Assembly: GCA_025922945.1 (NCBI GenBank)
Contig: JAICGW010000002.1
Span: 1-58,412 of the forward strand
Origin: Acidimicrobiia bacterium
GTDB taxonomy: Bacteria; Actinomycetota; Acidimicrobiia; Spongiisociales; ZC4RG35
Reading direction: 5' to 3'
DNA: 58,412 bases
The notes beneath the pieces were generated by a model. It worked only from the letters and a program-made list of their open reading frames with translations. It was not told the DNA's origin and made no database searches. Positions 1 to 8,952 of the stretch are shown here, one piece after another. The position numbers and the translations under genes were made by a program. Positions within the stretch are counted from its first letter, which is position 1; every line of letters starts with the position of its first letter.

Positions 1-417
1 CCGGGCGAGCTCGCGGGCTTGGGACCGGTGATTTCCGACATCGCCCGCCAGGTGGCCCGGGAGCAAAGCCATTGCCAGTGGACCTTTGCCGTGACCGACC
101 CCGAGACCGGGATCCCGGTCCATACCGGGGTGACCCGGAGAAGACCGCGCCGGGAGACGAGAAGATGGGTCGAGGCCCGTCACCCCAGCTGCATCTTCCC
201 CGGTTGTCGAATGCCTTCCCGAGACTGTGACTTGGACCATCGGATCCCCTGGTCGGAGCGGGGACCGACCTGTGATTGCAACCTGGTTCCCCTCTGTCGT
301 CGTCACCACCGTTGCCGGCATCGGCTCGGGTGGCGGCATTCATCCCTCCCTCGGGGTGATCATCTCTGGATCTCACCGCTCGGACACCGCTATACCACCA
401 GCGGGCGGCCGCCCTAG
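1..417 (+). CDS. HNH endonuclease, DUF222/REP13E12-like, 5'-truncated by window edge
   Basis: Frame 1 is open from nt 1. The C-terminal 'CIFPGCRMPSRDCDLDHRIPW...CDCNLVPLCRRHHRCRH' is an HNH motif with Cys-rich zinc site. Confidence 0.75.
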   Translation, partial: PGELAGLGPVISDIARQVAREQSHCQWTFAVTDPETGIPVHTGVTRRRPRRETRRWVEARHPSCIFPGCRMPSRDCDLDHRIPWSERGPTCDCNLVPLCRRHHRCRHRLGWRHSSLPRGDHLWISPLGHRYTTSGRPP

Positions 418-449
418 GTCGAGGTGTTACTTCCCCTACCCTCCCGTGC

Positions 450-1070
450 ATGTCGGTGACGGTCGTCGACCATCCGCTCGCCCAGCACTATCTCACCATC
501 CTGCGCGATCGTTCCACAGGCACTCCACTTTTCCGCGAGACCGCGCGGCGCCTGGCTTATCTGCTCGTCGCCGAAGCAACTTCCGATCTCGCTCTCCACG
601 AAAAACCAATCGAGACCCCGCTTGAGCCGACCATGGGAACGTCCCTCGGGAAACCGATCGTGGTGGTGGCCGTCTTTCGAGCGGGACTCGGACTGGTGGA
701 CGCCGCGATTGACCTGCTGCCGAATGCGCGGGTCGGCTACGCCGGCGTCCAGCGCAACGAGGAGACCGCCGAGCCGATGGAGTACTACACCAAGTTCCCG
801 CCGATGGCAGATGCTCGGGTGCTCATCCTCGAGCCAATGCTCGCCACCGGTGGATCCCTGGCTTGGGCATGCGAACAGGTGAAGTCAAAGGGCGCGGTAG
901 ACATAACCGCGGTTTGCGTGGTCTCGGCTCCGGACGGAATCAAGGTGATGGAGGAACGCCATCCCGAAGTCCGCATCGTGACCGCCGCCGTCGATCGCGG
1001 ATTGAACGAGCGCTTCTACATCGAACCCGGCCTCGGCGACATGGGTGATCGGTTGTTCGGGACGGCGTGA
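450..1070 (+). CDS. upp: uracil phosphoribosyltransferase
   Basis: 206 aa. 'VVDHPLAQHYLTILRDRST', PRPP-binding loop 'VLILEPMLATGGS' and C-terminal 'YIEPGLGDMGDRLFGT' are typical Upp. Confidence 0.93.
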   Translation: MSVTVVDHPLAQHYLTILRDRSTGTPLFRETARRLAYLLVAEATSDLALHEKPIETPLEPTMGTSLGKPIVVVAVFRAGLGLVDAAIDLLPNARVGYAGVQRNEETAEPMEYYTKFPPMADARVLILEPMLATGGSLAWACEQVKSKGAVDITAVCVVSAPDGIKVMEERHPEVRIVTAAVDRGLNERFYIEPGLGDMGDRLFGTA

Positions 1071-1318
1071 GTCAAACCGACTTTGAAAAGGCTGTCCTGG
1101 CGGTGCTGCGTTCGCTCAAGTCCGGGGAGGTCGTGACTTACGGAGAAGTCGCCGAGCTGGCGGGTTACCCGGGAAGGGCCCGCGGGGTTGGTCGGATCCT
1201 GGCCATCACCCCCGAGGACCTGCCTTGGTGGCGAGTGGTCGGGGCGGGAGGGAAGCTTCGCTCCCCCAATCCGGAGCTTCAGGAGCACCTGCTGGAGATG
1301 GAGAGCCAGGCGAACTAG
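1067..1318 (+). CDS. alkyltransferase-like (ATL) protein: MGMT DNA-binding domain with Trp replacing the active-site Cys
   Basis: 83 aa. HTH 'TYGEVAELAGYPGRARGVGRIL' is followed by 'LPWWRVVG' where transferases have PCHRV. The GTG start overlaps the upp stop (GTGA at 1067-1070). Confidence 0.75.
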   Translation: MSQTDFEKAVLAVLRSLKSGEVVTYGEVAELAGYPGRARGVGRILAITPEDLPWWRVVGAGGKLRSPNPELQEHLLEMESQAN

Positions 1319-1345
1319 ACGAACTCTGCTTGCCATACTCCGCCG

Positions 1346-2515
1346 GTGCAAAGAGCGGTAATCATCATGATGGATTCGTGTGGGGTGGGGGCAGCTCCCG
1401 ACGCCGCCGACTATGGGGACGAGGGCTCGGACACGATCGGACACACCGCCCAGGCAGTCAATGGCCTGTCGCTTCCCAACTTCGAAAAGGCCGGCCTCGG
1501 CAACCTCCACGGTGATCTGGTCGGTGTGCCCCCGACTTCCGAGGCGACCATGGCCTTCGGGCGAATGGCCGAGGCATCGGCCGGGAAAGACTCGACTACC
1601 GGACACTGGGAGATTGCCGGTCTCATCACCGACCAGCCCCAGGCCACCTTCACTGACACCGGCTTTCCCGATGACCTCGTGAAGCCGATCGAAACCGAGT
1701 CGGGGTATGAGTTCATCGGCAACTACGCCGCTTCGGGAACGACCATCATCGACGAGCTGGGAGCTGAGCACGTCCGCACCGGCAAGCCGATTCTTTATAC
1801 GTCGGCCGACTCTGTTTTCCAGATCGCCGCTCACACCGACGTCATCGCTCTGAGCGATCTCTACAAGCTCTGCGAAGTCGCCCGACGCCACTGCGATCGG
1901 TTTCGAATCGGGCGGGTGATCGCCCGTCCCTTCGTCGGTGAGCCCGGCAACTTCCGTCGCACCTACGACCGGCGGGATTTCGCCCTGGCCCCCGGAGGCC
2001 TCACGCTGCTCGACCATGCCAAGGACGCCGGACTGGCGGTATTAGGGATTGGCAAGATCGAAGACCTCTTCGCGGGTCAGGGACTGACCGAGGCAATTCA
2101 CACCGAGGGTGACCAAGACGGGCTCGATCGAACCGTCTCGGCGCTGGAGGAGCGGACCGGTCCCGGCATCATCTTCACCAATCTCGTCGACCTCGACATG
2201 CTCTATGGCCACCGTGAGAACCCGGAGGGCTATGCCGCCGGGTTGAAGTTGATCGATTCCTATCTGCCGGCACTCGTCGAGGGGCTCGGAATCGAAGACC
2301 TCCTGATCCTCTCCGCCGATCATGGCAATGACCCCACCGATGGCTCCACAGATCACACCCGAGAGTTCGTTCCCCTGCTCGTCGCCGGACTCAAATCGAC
2401 CGGGATCAACCTCGGAACCCGGGAGCAGTACTGCGATGTCGCCGCCACCATCGCCCAAGGGTTCGGTCTGCCGGCACCCTCCCGCGGCCGTTCGTTTCTC
2501 GACGAGATCAGCTGA
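1346..2515 (+). CDS. deoB: phosphopentomutase
   Basis: 389 aa. N-terminus '(V)QRAVIIMMDSCGVGAAPDA' parallels E. coli DeoB 'MKRAFIMVLDSFGIGA'. 'SADHGNDPT' metal site is near the C-terminus. Confidence 0.92.
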   Translation: MQRAVIIMMDSCGVGAAPDAADYGDEGSDTIGHTAQAVNGLSLPNFEKAGLGNLHGDLVGVPPTSEATMAFGRMAEASAGKDSTTGHWEIAGLITDQPQATFTDTGFPDDLVKPIETESGYEFIGNYAASGTTIIDELGAEHVRTGKPILYTSADSVFQIAAHTDVIALSDLYKLCEVARRHCDRFRIGRVIARPFVGEPGNFRRTYDRRDFALAPGGLTLLDHAKDAGLAVLGIGKIEDLFAGQGLTEAIHTEGDQDGLDRTVSALEERTGPGIIFTNLVDLDMLYGHRENPEGYAAGLKLIDSYLPALVEGLGIEDLLILSADHGNDPTDGSTDHTREFVPLLVAGLKSTGINLGTREQYCDVAATIAQGFGLPAPSRGRSFLDEIS

Positions 2516-2517
2516 GG

Positions 2518-3828
2518 ATGAACGCGGTCGAGCTGATCCAGCGCAAGCGCGACCGGCTGCTCCTGACGGAAGATGAAATCGCATGGCTAATTCGCTCCTA
2601 CACCGACGGCACCGTGACCGATTATCAGATGTCGGCGCTGGCAATGGCGGTGTTTCTCAATGGCCTCAGCCCGACCGAGCTAACCGCCTGGACCGGCGCG
2701 ATGCTCCATTCCGGAGAGGTGCTCGACTTCTCTGACATCCCCCACCCCAAGGTCGACAAACATTCGACCGGGGGCGTCGGCGACAAGGTCTCGATCCCGC
2801 TGGCACCGATGGTGGCGGCCTGCGGGGTGGCCATCCCCATGATGTCCGGACGGGGCCTTGGTCACACCGGAGGCACTCTCGACAAGCTGGAATCAATTCC
2901 GGGCTTTACCACCGCCCTCGATCCCGACCGCTTTCGAGAGGTGCTGTCCGAGTGCGGTCTGGTTCTTGCCGGACAATCCGAGACGCTCGTCCCCGCCGAT
3001 CGCAAGCTTTATGCGCTGCGCGATGCCACCGGCACGGTCGAGTCCATCCCGCTCATCGCCTCCTCAATCATGTCGAAGAAGCTGGCCGAGGATCTCGATG
3101 GATTGGTGCTCGACGTGAAGGTCGGAAAAGGGGCGTTCATGAAGCAAGCGGCCCAGGCCCGAGAGCTCGCCCGGACGATGGTCGCGATCGGCAACTCCTA
3201 TGACGTCGAGACCGTTGCGCTGCTGACGGCGATGGATCAGCCGCTGGGCAACGAAGTCGGCAACGCCAACGAGATCGCCGAGTCCATTTCTCTCCTGAGG
3301 GGAGAAGGTCCCTCCGACCTGCTCGAGGTCACAATGGCCCTGGGAGTGGAAATGCTGACCGTGGCCGGGCTCGAAACCGATCCGGAAAAGGCGCGGCTCC
3401 TCTTGCAGAAGGCGATCGACGATGGCGAGGCCTTGGAGGTGTTGGGCCGGGTCGTAGCCGCCCAGGGCGGGAATCGGAACGTGATCGACGATCCCACCGG
3501 AGTTCTCCCCCGGGCGCCGCATCAATCCGAGGTCAGGGCCGAACGGACGGGCTTTTTGACCGGCCTTGATGCCCGCCAGGTGGGGGTTGCCGCCATGCGC
3601 CTCGGCGCCGGTCGCGAACGCAAGGAGGACACGATCGATCCCTCGGTCGGGATCAGGATCCACCACAAGATCGGCGATGAGGTCGAGGAGGGACAACCCC
3701 TGCTGACTCTCTTCTATCGCCATCCCGCCCGACTCGACGAAGCGCTCTCGGTGCTCGACGGAGCGATCGAAATCGGGGACGCGAGGCCCGAAGCCTCTCG
3801 TTTGGTTCTGGAGCGGATCGAGAGTTAG
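2518..3828 (+). CDS. deoA: thymidine/pyrimidine-nucleoside phosphorylase
   Basis: 436 aa. 'VDKHSTGGVGDKVS', 'MSGRGLGHTGGTLDKLESIPG' and 'SIMSKKLA' are hallmark motifs. An RBS 'gagga' precedes the ATG. Confidence 0.93.
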   Translation: MNAVELIQRKRDRLLLTEDEIAWLIRSYTDGTVTDYQMSALAMAVFLNGLSPTELTAWTGAMLHSGEVLDFSDIPHPKVDKHSTGGVGDKVSIPLAPMVAACGVAIPMMSGRGLGHTGGTLDKLESIPGFTTALDPDRFREVLSECGLVLAGQSETLVPADRKLYALRDATGTVESIPLIASSIMSKKLAEDLDGLVLDVKVGKGAFMKQAAQARELARTMVAIGNSYDVETVALLTAMDQPLGNEVGNANEIAESISLLRGEGPSDLLEVTMALGVEMLTVAGLETDPEKARLLLQKAIDDGEALEVLGRVVAAQGGNRNVIDDPTGVLPRAPHQSEVRAERTGFLTGLDARQVGVAAMRLGAGRERKEDTIDPSVGIRIHHKIGDEVEEGQPLLTLFYRHPARLDEALSVLDGAIEIGDARPEASRLVLERIES

Positions 3829-4649
3829 CGCGCCAATAGGACTACGGCCGCCAAGGCCAAACCGAGTCCAACCCTCTGTCGGCCGGCGATGGGCTCTTTC
3901 AATATGAGGACGGCGAGCAGGACGGTGATGGCCGGGTACAGCGAGGCAAGCACCGCCACCAGGGTGAGGAGACCCGAGCGAAATGCCAGCAGCAGGAAAA
4001 CGTTGGCGGCGATATCGCCGATGCCCACCAGGCCCAACAACAACCTCGTCCCCGGCGGTGGGAGTGCGATCCGCCGCACCAGCAGCCAGATTGCCATGAG
4101 CGTCACAGAAGCGCCGCGGGCTCCTACCAGCGGCCACAAACCGGCCCCGTCTCCGGTCTGAGCAATGGCAACGAAGAAGAAACCGAAACCGAGCCCTGCC
4201 AGAATTCCGTAGCCGACCCCTCCGTTGGATTCGTCGCTTTCGCTCACGCCCGAGGCGACCAGCCAGACCGCCGGGAGCGCCAAGATGACTCCGAGCCACT
4301 CCAAAAGGATCGGGCGCTCACCCATTGCGAGACCGAACGCCAACGGGATCAGGGCCGAAAGCAAAGCCGCCAGCGGTGAGACCACGCTCATCCGGGCTTT
4401 GGCGAGCCCTTGATAAAGGGCGTAGATCCCGCCCGTGCCGACTATCCCGCCGATCGCCCCCCAAATCAGATCGGAGACCTGGAAGGAGGTGGCGGGAAAT
4501 AGGACCGACAACCCCATGCCCAATACGAGTCCAACTAGTTGGGTCCAGAACACAACGGCGCTCGCCGCCATACGGCGTCCGGCTACGCCTCCGTAGAAGT
4601 CGGCGGCGCCGTAGATCAGAGATGCGAGCAGCGCGAAGACGGCGGACAT
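3825..4649 (-). CDS. EamA/DMT-family transporter
   Basis: 274 aa with about 10 hydrophobic helices. Has the duplicated EamA-like architecture and N-terminus 'LLASLIYGAADFYGG'. Confidence 0.8.
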   Translation of the reverse strand: MSAVFALLASLIYGAADFYGGVAGRRMAASAVVFWTQLVGLVLGMGLSVLFPATSFQVSDLIWGAIGGIVGTGGIYALYQGLAKARMSVVSPLAALLSALIPLAFGLAMGERPILLEWLGVILALPAVWLVASGVSESDESNGGVGYGILAGLGFGFFFVAIAQTGDGAGLWPLVGARGASVTLMAIWLLVRRIALPPPGTRLLLGLVGIGDIAANVFLLLAFRSGLLTLVAVLASLYPAITVLLAVLILKEPIAGRQRVGLGLALAAVVLLAR

Positions 4650-4712
4650 GAGAGCGGCACACTCTCGTTACGATCGAACGTCGAGGACAAATCCGCTTGC
4701 CGAGGAGGCTCG

Positions 4713-5471
4713 ATGCGCATCGTCGTCTGCGCCAAACAGATCCCCGATCCCGCCACGCCGTACAAACTCGAAGCCGACACTCACTGGCTCGTGCGCCCCG
4801 CCGAGCAGGTACTCGACGACACCGACCGGTATGGCGTGGAGATGGGGCTACAGCTGGCGCAGAACTCCGATGGCGGGGTGACGATCGTCTCCATGGGTCC
4901 CGCAGGATCGATGCAGGGATTGCGGCAGGCTCTAGCGATGGGTGCCGAGAAGGCCGTGATCATCGACGATCCGACACTGCGGGGATCGGACGCGTTGGCC
5001 ACGGCCCGCGTGCTGGCGGCAGCTATTGCCAGAGAAGGATTCGACTTGGTGATCGCAGGCACGGAGTCAACTGACGGCTATTCAGGGGTGGTGCCGCAAA
5101 TGGTGGCCGAGATACTCGATGTGCCCGCCCTTACCTACGCCACGGAGGTCAAAGCGGCAGAGGGGAAAATCACCATTCACCGCCAAACCTCGACCGGGTA
5201 CGAGGTGGTGGAGGGGTCTCTTCCGGCATTGGTGACGGTTACCGCCGGGGTCGTCGAGCCTCGATACCCGACGTTCAAGGGAATTATGGAAGCCAAGAAG
5301 AAGCCGGTCGACAATCTCGCCCTGGCCGATCTGTCGGTTGAGGCAACCACCGATCAGAAAGTGACGTCGATCAGCGATGCTCCCGCTCGAAGCGGTGGGG
5401 CCAAGATCGAAGACGATGGCGCCGCCCACGAGAAGATCATCGAACTGCTCGCCCAGAAGAAGGTGATTTGA
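4713..5471 (+). CDS. etfB: electron transfer flavoprotein beta subunit
   Basis: 'MRIVVCAKQIPDP...' is the canonical EtfB N-terminus. ATG at 4713 is preceded by 'gaggagg' (4702-4708). The track start at 4539 overlaps the divergent EamA gene. Confidence 0.9.
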   Translation: MRIVVCAKQIPDPATPYKLEADTHWLVRPAEQVLDDTDRYGVEMGLQLAQNSDGGVTIVSMGPAGSMQGLRQALAMGAEKAVIIDDPTLRGSDALATARVLAAAIAREGFDLVIAGTESTDGYSGVVPQMVAEILDVPALTYATEVKAAEGKITIHRQTSTGYEVVEGSLPALVTVTAGVVEPRYPTFKGIMEAKKKPVDNLALADLSVEATTDQKVTSISDAPARSGGAKIEDDGAAHEKIIELLAQKKVI

Positions 5472-6412
5472 TGGCCGAGGTCTGGGTCTTCGTCCGGGAG
5501 TTCGATGGGGCTCCCACCCCGCTCGCCTTGGAATTGCTCACCAAGGCTCGTCAGGTGGGAGACACGACGGCGGTTTATGTGGGAACCGGATCCGAGGAAG
5601 CCTTCGCTCGCCTTGGTGAATATGGCGCCAAGAATGTCTTTCATCTCGATCCGAAAGACAGCCTGGTGGCCGCTCCGGTTGCCCGCGCCATGGCGGAACG
5701 GCTCGAGACCGACAAGCCTGACCTCATCCTCTTCGGGCAGGCCTACGACGATCGTGATGTGGCCGGACGGCTGGCAGCTCGTATCGGGCGTCCGATCCTC
5801 TCCAACGCCACCAATGTCACCCTCGAGGGTTCGACCAGCCACGAGATCTTCGGTGGCACTCAGATAGCCGAGGCCGAGATCACCTCGGCTGGACCAAAGC
5901 TCGTCCTGATACGTCCCAAGTCTTTTGCCGCCGAGCCCACGGGGGGCGCAGCACCGCAGGTGACCGTTCTCGACCTTCCCGACGTGGGGGGAGCGGGAGC
6001 GAAAGTCACCGGGACCCACGTCGAAGAGCGACAAGGTCCCAAGCTTGAAGACGCATCGGTCATCGTGTCTGGGGGCCGGGGCCTGGGCTCAGCCGAGAAC
6101 TACGAGCTGATCGAAAAACTGGGAAAGCTGCTCAGGGCTGCCACCGGCGCCACCCGCGCCATCGTCGACGCCGGTTGGGTGCCCTATGCCAAACAGGTGG
6201 GTCAAACCGGCAAGACGGTGAAGCCCGACGTCTACATCGCCTGCGGCATCTCGGGGGCTATGCAGCATCTGGTGGGTATGAAAGACTCGAAGGTGATCAT
6301 CGCCATCAACAAGGATGCCGACGCCCCCATTTTTGGCATCGCCGACCTCGGCGTCGTCGGAGACGTCCACAAGGTCCTGCCCAAACTGATCGAGGCGCTC
6401 GAGAAGCGTTAG
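5471..6412 (+). CDS. etfA: electron transfer flavoprotein alpha subunit
   Basis: C-terminal FAD-binding region 'GGRGLGS...RAIVDAGW...[29 protein letters not shown]'. ATG at 5471 overlaps the etfB TGA by 1 nt. Confidence 0.9.
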   Translation: MAEVWVFVREFDGAPTPLALELLTKARQVGDTTAVYVGTGSEEAFARLGEYGAKNVFHLDPKDSLVAAPVARAMAERLETDKPDLILFGQAYDDRDVAGRLAARIGRPILSNATNVTLEGSTSHEIFGGTQIAEAEITSAGPKLVLIRPKSFAAEPTGGAAPQVTVLDLPDVGGAGAKVTGTHVEERQGPKLEDASVIVSGGRGLGSAENYELIEKLGKLLRAATGATRAIVDAGWVPYAKQVGQTGKTVKPDVYIACGISGAMQHLVGMKDSKVIIAINKDADAPIFGIADLGVVGDVHKVLPKLIEALEKR

Positions 6413-7419
6413 CCCAGGACGCCGGCAATGGCGCCGGCCCACGATTCAGCCGGCACCTCCCCGTCATTGACGGCCGCCGCCAAAGGAGATCGGGCCGGGT
6501 GCCCGCCGCTCACCAGAGCCAGCTGGGTGAGGGTGTGAGCGCCGCCATGAACTCCCTTCAAAATCGGGAGCTCGGAGGATCCGAAGTAGCGGCCCCGCTC
6601 GCACCAGGCAAGGACGTTGCCATCCGCCAGTTGTTCCCATCCCTCGACCCCTTCGACTCCATGGAGAACGCCTGGGTCGGACATGGGGCCGATCAGGGCG
6701 GCGCTCCCCTCATCGACCACGATTGTCTCCTCACCGAGGACCGATCGCAGGTCGATACCGGGGCGCTCGGCGGCGGTGTCCTGGACATGGTCGCTGACGA
6801 CGATGATCGCGGACTGGGGCCAATCGATCGCCTCTTCCAGTTGGCCGATCCGATCGTCGACTCTCCGATATGTGTCCGCGGCTTCGTCCGAGCCCGGGCC
6901 GTAGATATGCGAATAGGTGTCGATCGATCCGAAGTATCCGACCACCAGACGGGCCTCGGAGCCAAGGGCTTCTACCAGATGGGGCAGAACCGCCTCGTCA
7001 GCGGGATAAGCCAGCGGATCGAGGGCGATCTCGGGCGACAGCGCTCCATCTGGCGGCCAATGCGAGGCCGCCGTTCTTGCTCCCATCACCCCCACCAGGT
7101 GATGATCGCCAAAGGCGGTACTTGCTTCACCCCCGTAACTATCGAAGAGAGTTGGCGCCAGCGGACCCGCATCCCACGCCCCCAATACCTCGCCCTCACG
7201 GATGACATGATTCGTCCAGATCCCGTGCTCTGAAGGTCGAACACCCGTGACGAAGCTGGCGTGATTCGGATATGTGCAGGAAGCCATCACCGAGCGCCCA
7301 ATTCCAGTGGCAGCTCCGTCGGCGTTCGCCCACCGCCAGAGATTGGGGGTGAGGTGCGGGGACAACCGCACCGGATCGAAGGCGTCGAGAATCAGAAAGA
7401 AGACTCGGGGGACATTCAT
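6409..7419 (-). CDS. nucleotide pyrophosphatase/phosphodiesterase (alkaline-phosphatase superfamily)
   Basis: 336 aa. 'FFLILDAFD', 'SCTYPNHASFVTGVRPSEHGI' (catalytic Thr context), 'GSIDTYSHIYGP' and 'VVSDH' match the NPP family. Confidence 0.8.
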   Translation of the reverse strand: MNVPRVFFLILDAFDPVRLSPHLTPNLWRWANADGAATGIGRSVMASCTYPNHASFVTGVRPSEHGIWTNHVIREGEVLGAWDAGPLAPTLFDSYGGEASTAFGDHHLVGVMGARTAASHWPPDGALSPEIALDPLAYPADEAVLPHLVEALGSEARLVVGYFGSIDTYSHIYGPGSDEAADTYRRVDDRIGQLEEAIDWPQSAIIVVSDHVQDTAAERPGIDLRSVLGEETIVVDEGSAALIGPMSDPGVLHGVEGVEGWEQLADGNVLAWCERGRYFGSSELPILKGVHGGAHTLTQLALVSGGHPARSPLAAAVNDGEVPAESWAGAIAGVLG

Positions 7420-7425
7420 GCCCGG

Positions 7426-7818
7426 CTAGAGCTTGAACTGATGGGGCAAGAGCTCTTCGAGGCTGTGCTCTCTCGTATCTGAATCGGCGGTGGTCACCAG
7501 GACCCTCTGCGTGCCGAACTCACTCAGGATCTGACGACAGCGACCACAGGGATAGGCGGCGTCAAGCGAGGGGGCATCGATACATGCCACCGCGATCTTC
7601 TCCACCTGGCGCACTCCGGCCGAAACGGCGGTGCCGACAGCCGTGGCTTCGGCGCAATTGGATGCGGGATAAGCAGCGTTCTCGATGTTGGCCCCGGTGA
7701 AGATGCGGCCGTCGGCACCGAGCACCGCGGCCCCCACCCGGAAGTTCGAGTAAGGGGCGTAGGCCCCGAGGGCTGCCTCCCGCGCCATGGCCGCCAGCGT
7801 CTCGTCGTCGGTGGTCAT
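7426..7818 (-). CDS. cdd: cytidine deaminase
   Basis: 130 aa. 'YAPYSNFRVGAAV', 'CAEATAV' and 'PCGRCRQ' zinc-site motifs. Confidence 0.92.
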   Translation of the reverse strand: MTTDDETLAAMAREAALGAYAPYSNFRVGAAVLGADGRIFTGANIENAAYPASNCAEATAVGTAVSAGVRQVEKIAVACIDAPSLDAAYPCGRCRQILSEFGTQRVLVTTADSDTREHSLEELLPHQFKL

Positions 7819-8816
7819 GCGTCGGCCAGCAATTCGTCGACAAAGGCATCCGGCTCGAATGGCATCAGATCCTCAACCTGCTCCCCCACCCCGATGAATT
7901 TGACGGGCACGCCCAATTCGTTCTCGACCGCGACCACTATCCCTCCCCGGGCGGTCCCGTCGAGCTTGGTCAGGATTATGCCGGTGAGCCCGATCGCTTG
8001 CCCGAACTCTCGCACCTGGGCGATTCCATTCTGGCCCCCGGTGGCATCGAGAACGAGAAGAGATTCGGTGATGCGACCACCCTCCCGTTCCAGGACCCGT
8101 CGGATCTTGCGCAGCTCTTCCATCAGGTTCTGCTTGGAATGCAGGCGACCGGCCGTATCGACAATGACGACGTCCTTGCCCCGTGCCCTGGCGGCGCTCA
8201 ATCCATCGAACGCCACCGCCGCCGGATCGGAACCTTCCCGACCGCCCACCACCGGTACCCCGACCCGATCGGCCCAGGTTCGGAGTTGGGTATCGGCGGC
8301 TGCCCGAAAGGTGTCGGCAGCGGCCAGTAGCGGCTGGTGGCCGTCGGCCAGCATGCGACCGGCCAGTTTTGCGATCGAAGTGGTCTTGCCAGAGCCATTG
8401 ACTCCGACCACCAAGACCACCGCCGGATCTCCCTCGAGATCGACGCTGCGATCGGCGCTGTCGAAGACCGAACGCAACTCGGTGTCGAGCAAGGAACGCG
8501 CTCCTGCTGGGTCTTCCGGTTTCTGCCGGCGAACGCGCTCGACGATCCCGGTTGATGCGGCCAGGCCGACGTCGGCTGCGATCAGCGCCTCCTCCATCGA
8601 CTGCCAGAACTCGTCGTCCAGGGCTCCCCGGCCGAAGAGATTGCGCAGGGATTGGCCGAGGGCGGCACGCGATTTGGAGATTCGCCCTTCGATGGTCCTG
8701 GGACCGACTTTGACGGCAGCTGTTTGACGATCCCCATCCGGCCGCTGACGGTAGAAGAGGAATCCTGCCACCAGCAACACAACCACCGCGATAACGACTA
8801 GGAGGACCGGCTCCAT
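7815..8816 (-). CDS. ftsY: signal recognition particle receptor FtsY
   Basis: N-terminal TM helix 'MEPVLLVVIAVVVLLVAGF', then an NG domain with 'GVNGSGKTTSIAKLA', 'DTAGRLH' and 'TKLDGTARGG'. I chose ATG 8816 rather than the track start 9038, whose extension is Cys/Arg-rich and overlaps the divergent gene. Confidence 0.9.
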   Translation of the reverse strand: MEPVLLVVIAVVVLLVAGFLFYRQRPDGDRQTAAVKVGPRTIEGRISKSRAALGQSLRNLFGRGALDDEFWQSMEEALIAADVGLAASTGIVERVRRQKPEDPAGARSLLDTELRSVFDSADRSVDLEGDPAVVLVVGVNGSGKTTSIAKLAGRMLADGHQPLLAAADTFRAAADTQLRTWADRVGVPVVGGREGSDPAAVAFDGLSAARARGKDVVIVDTAGRLHSKQNLMEELRKIRRVLEREGGRITESLLVLDATGGQNGIAQVREFGQAIGLTGIILTKLDGTARGGIVVAVENELGVPVKFIGVGEQVEDLMPFEPDAFVDELLADA

Positions 8817-8952
8817 CCCGCTGAGCGTACCCCAGGTATCACGGTCTCCTCTCATGCATTCGGGTGGAGGAAGACAGCCCCTCGCAACGAATCTTGAGAA
8901 TTTCTCAAGGTGCTTTTCGTACGTTTGCGTCCCACCAACGAAGGAACATGCC

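Noticed and set aside
3064-4299. 411-aa - strand ORF spanning pdp and the EamA gene
   Set aside because: It overlaps two recognisable genes, being antisense to pdp and out of frame with EamA. Composition is Arg/Gly-rich and low-complexity.
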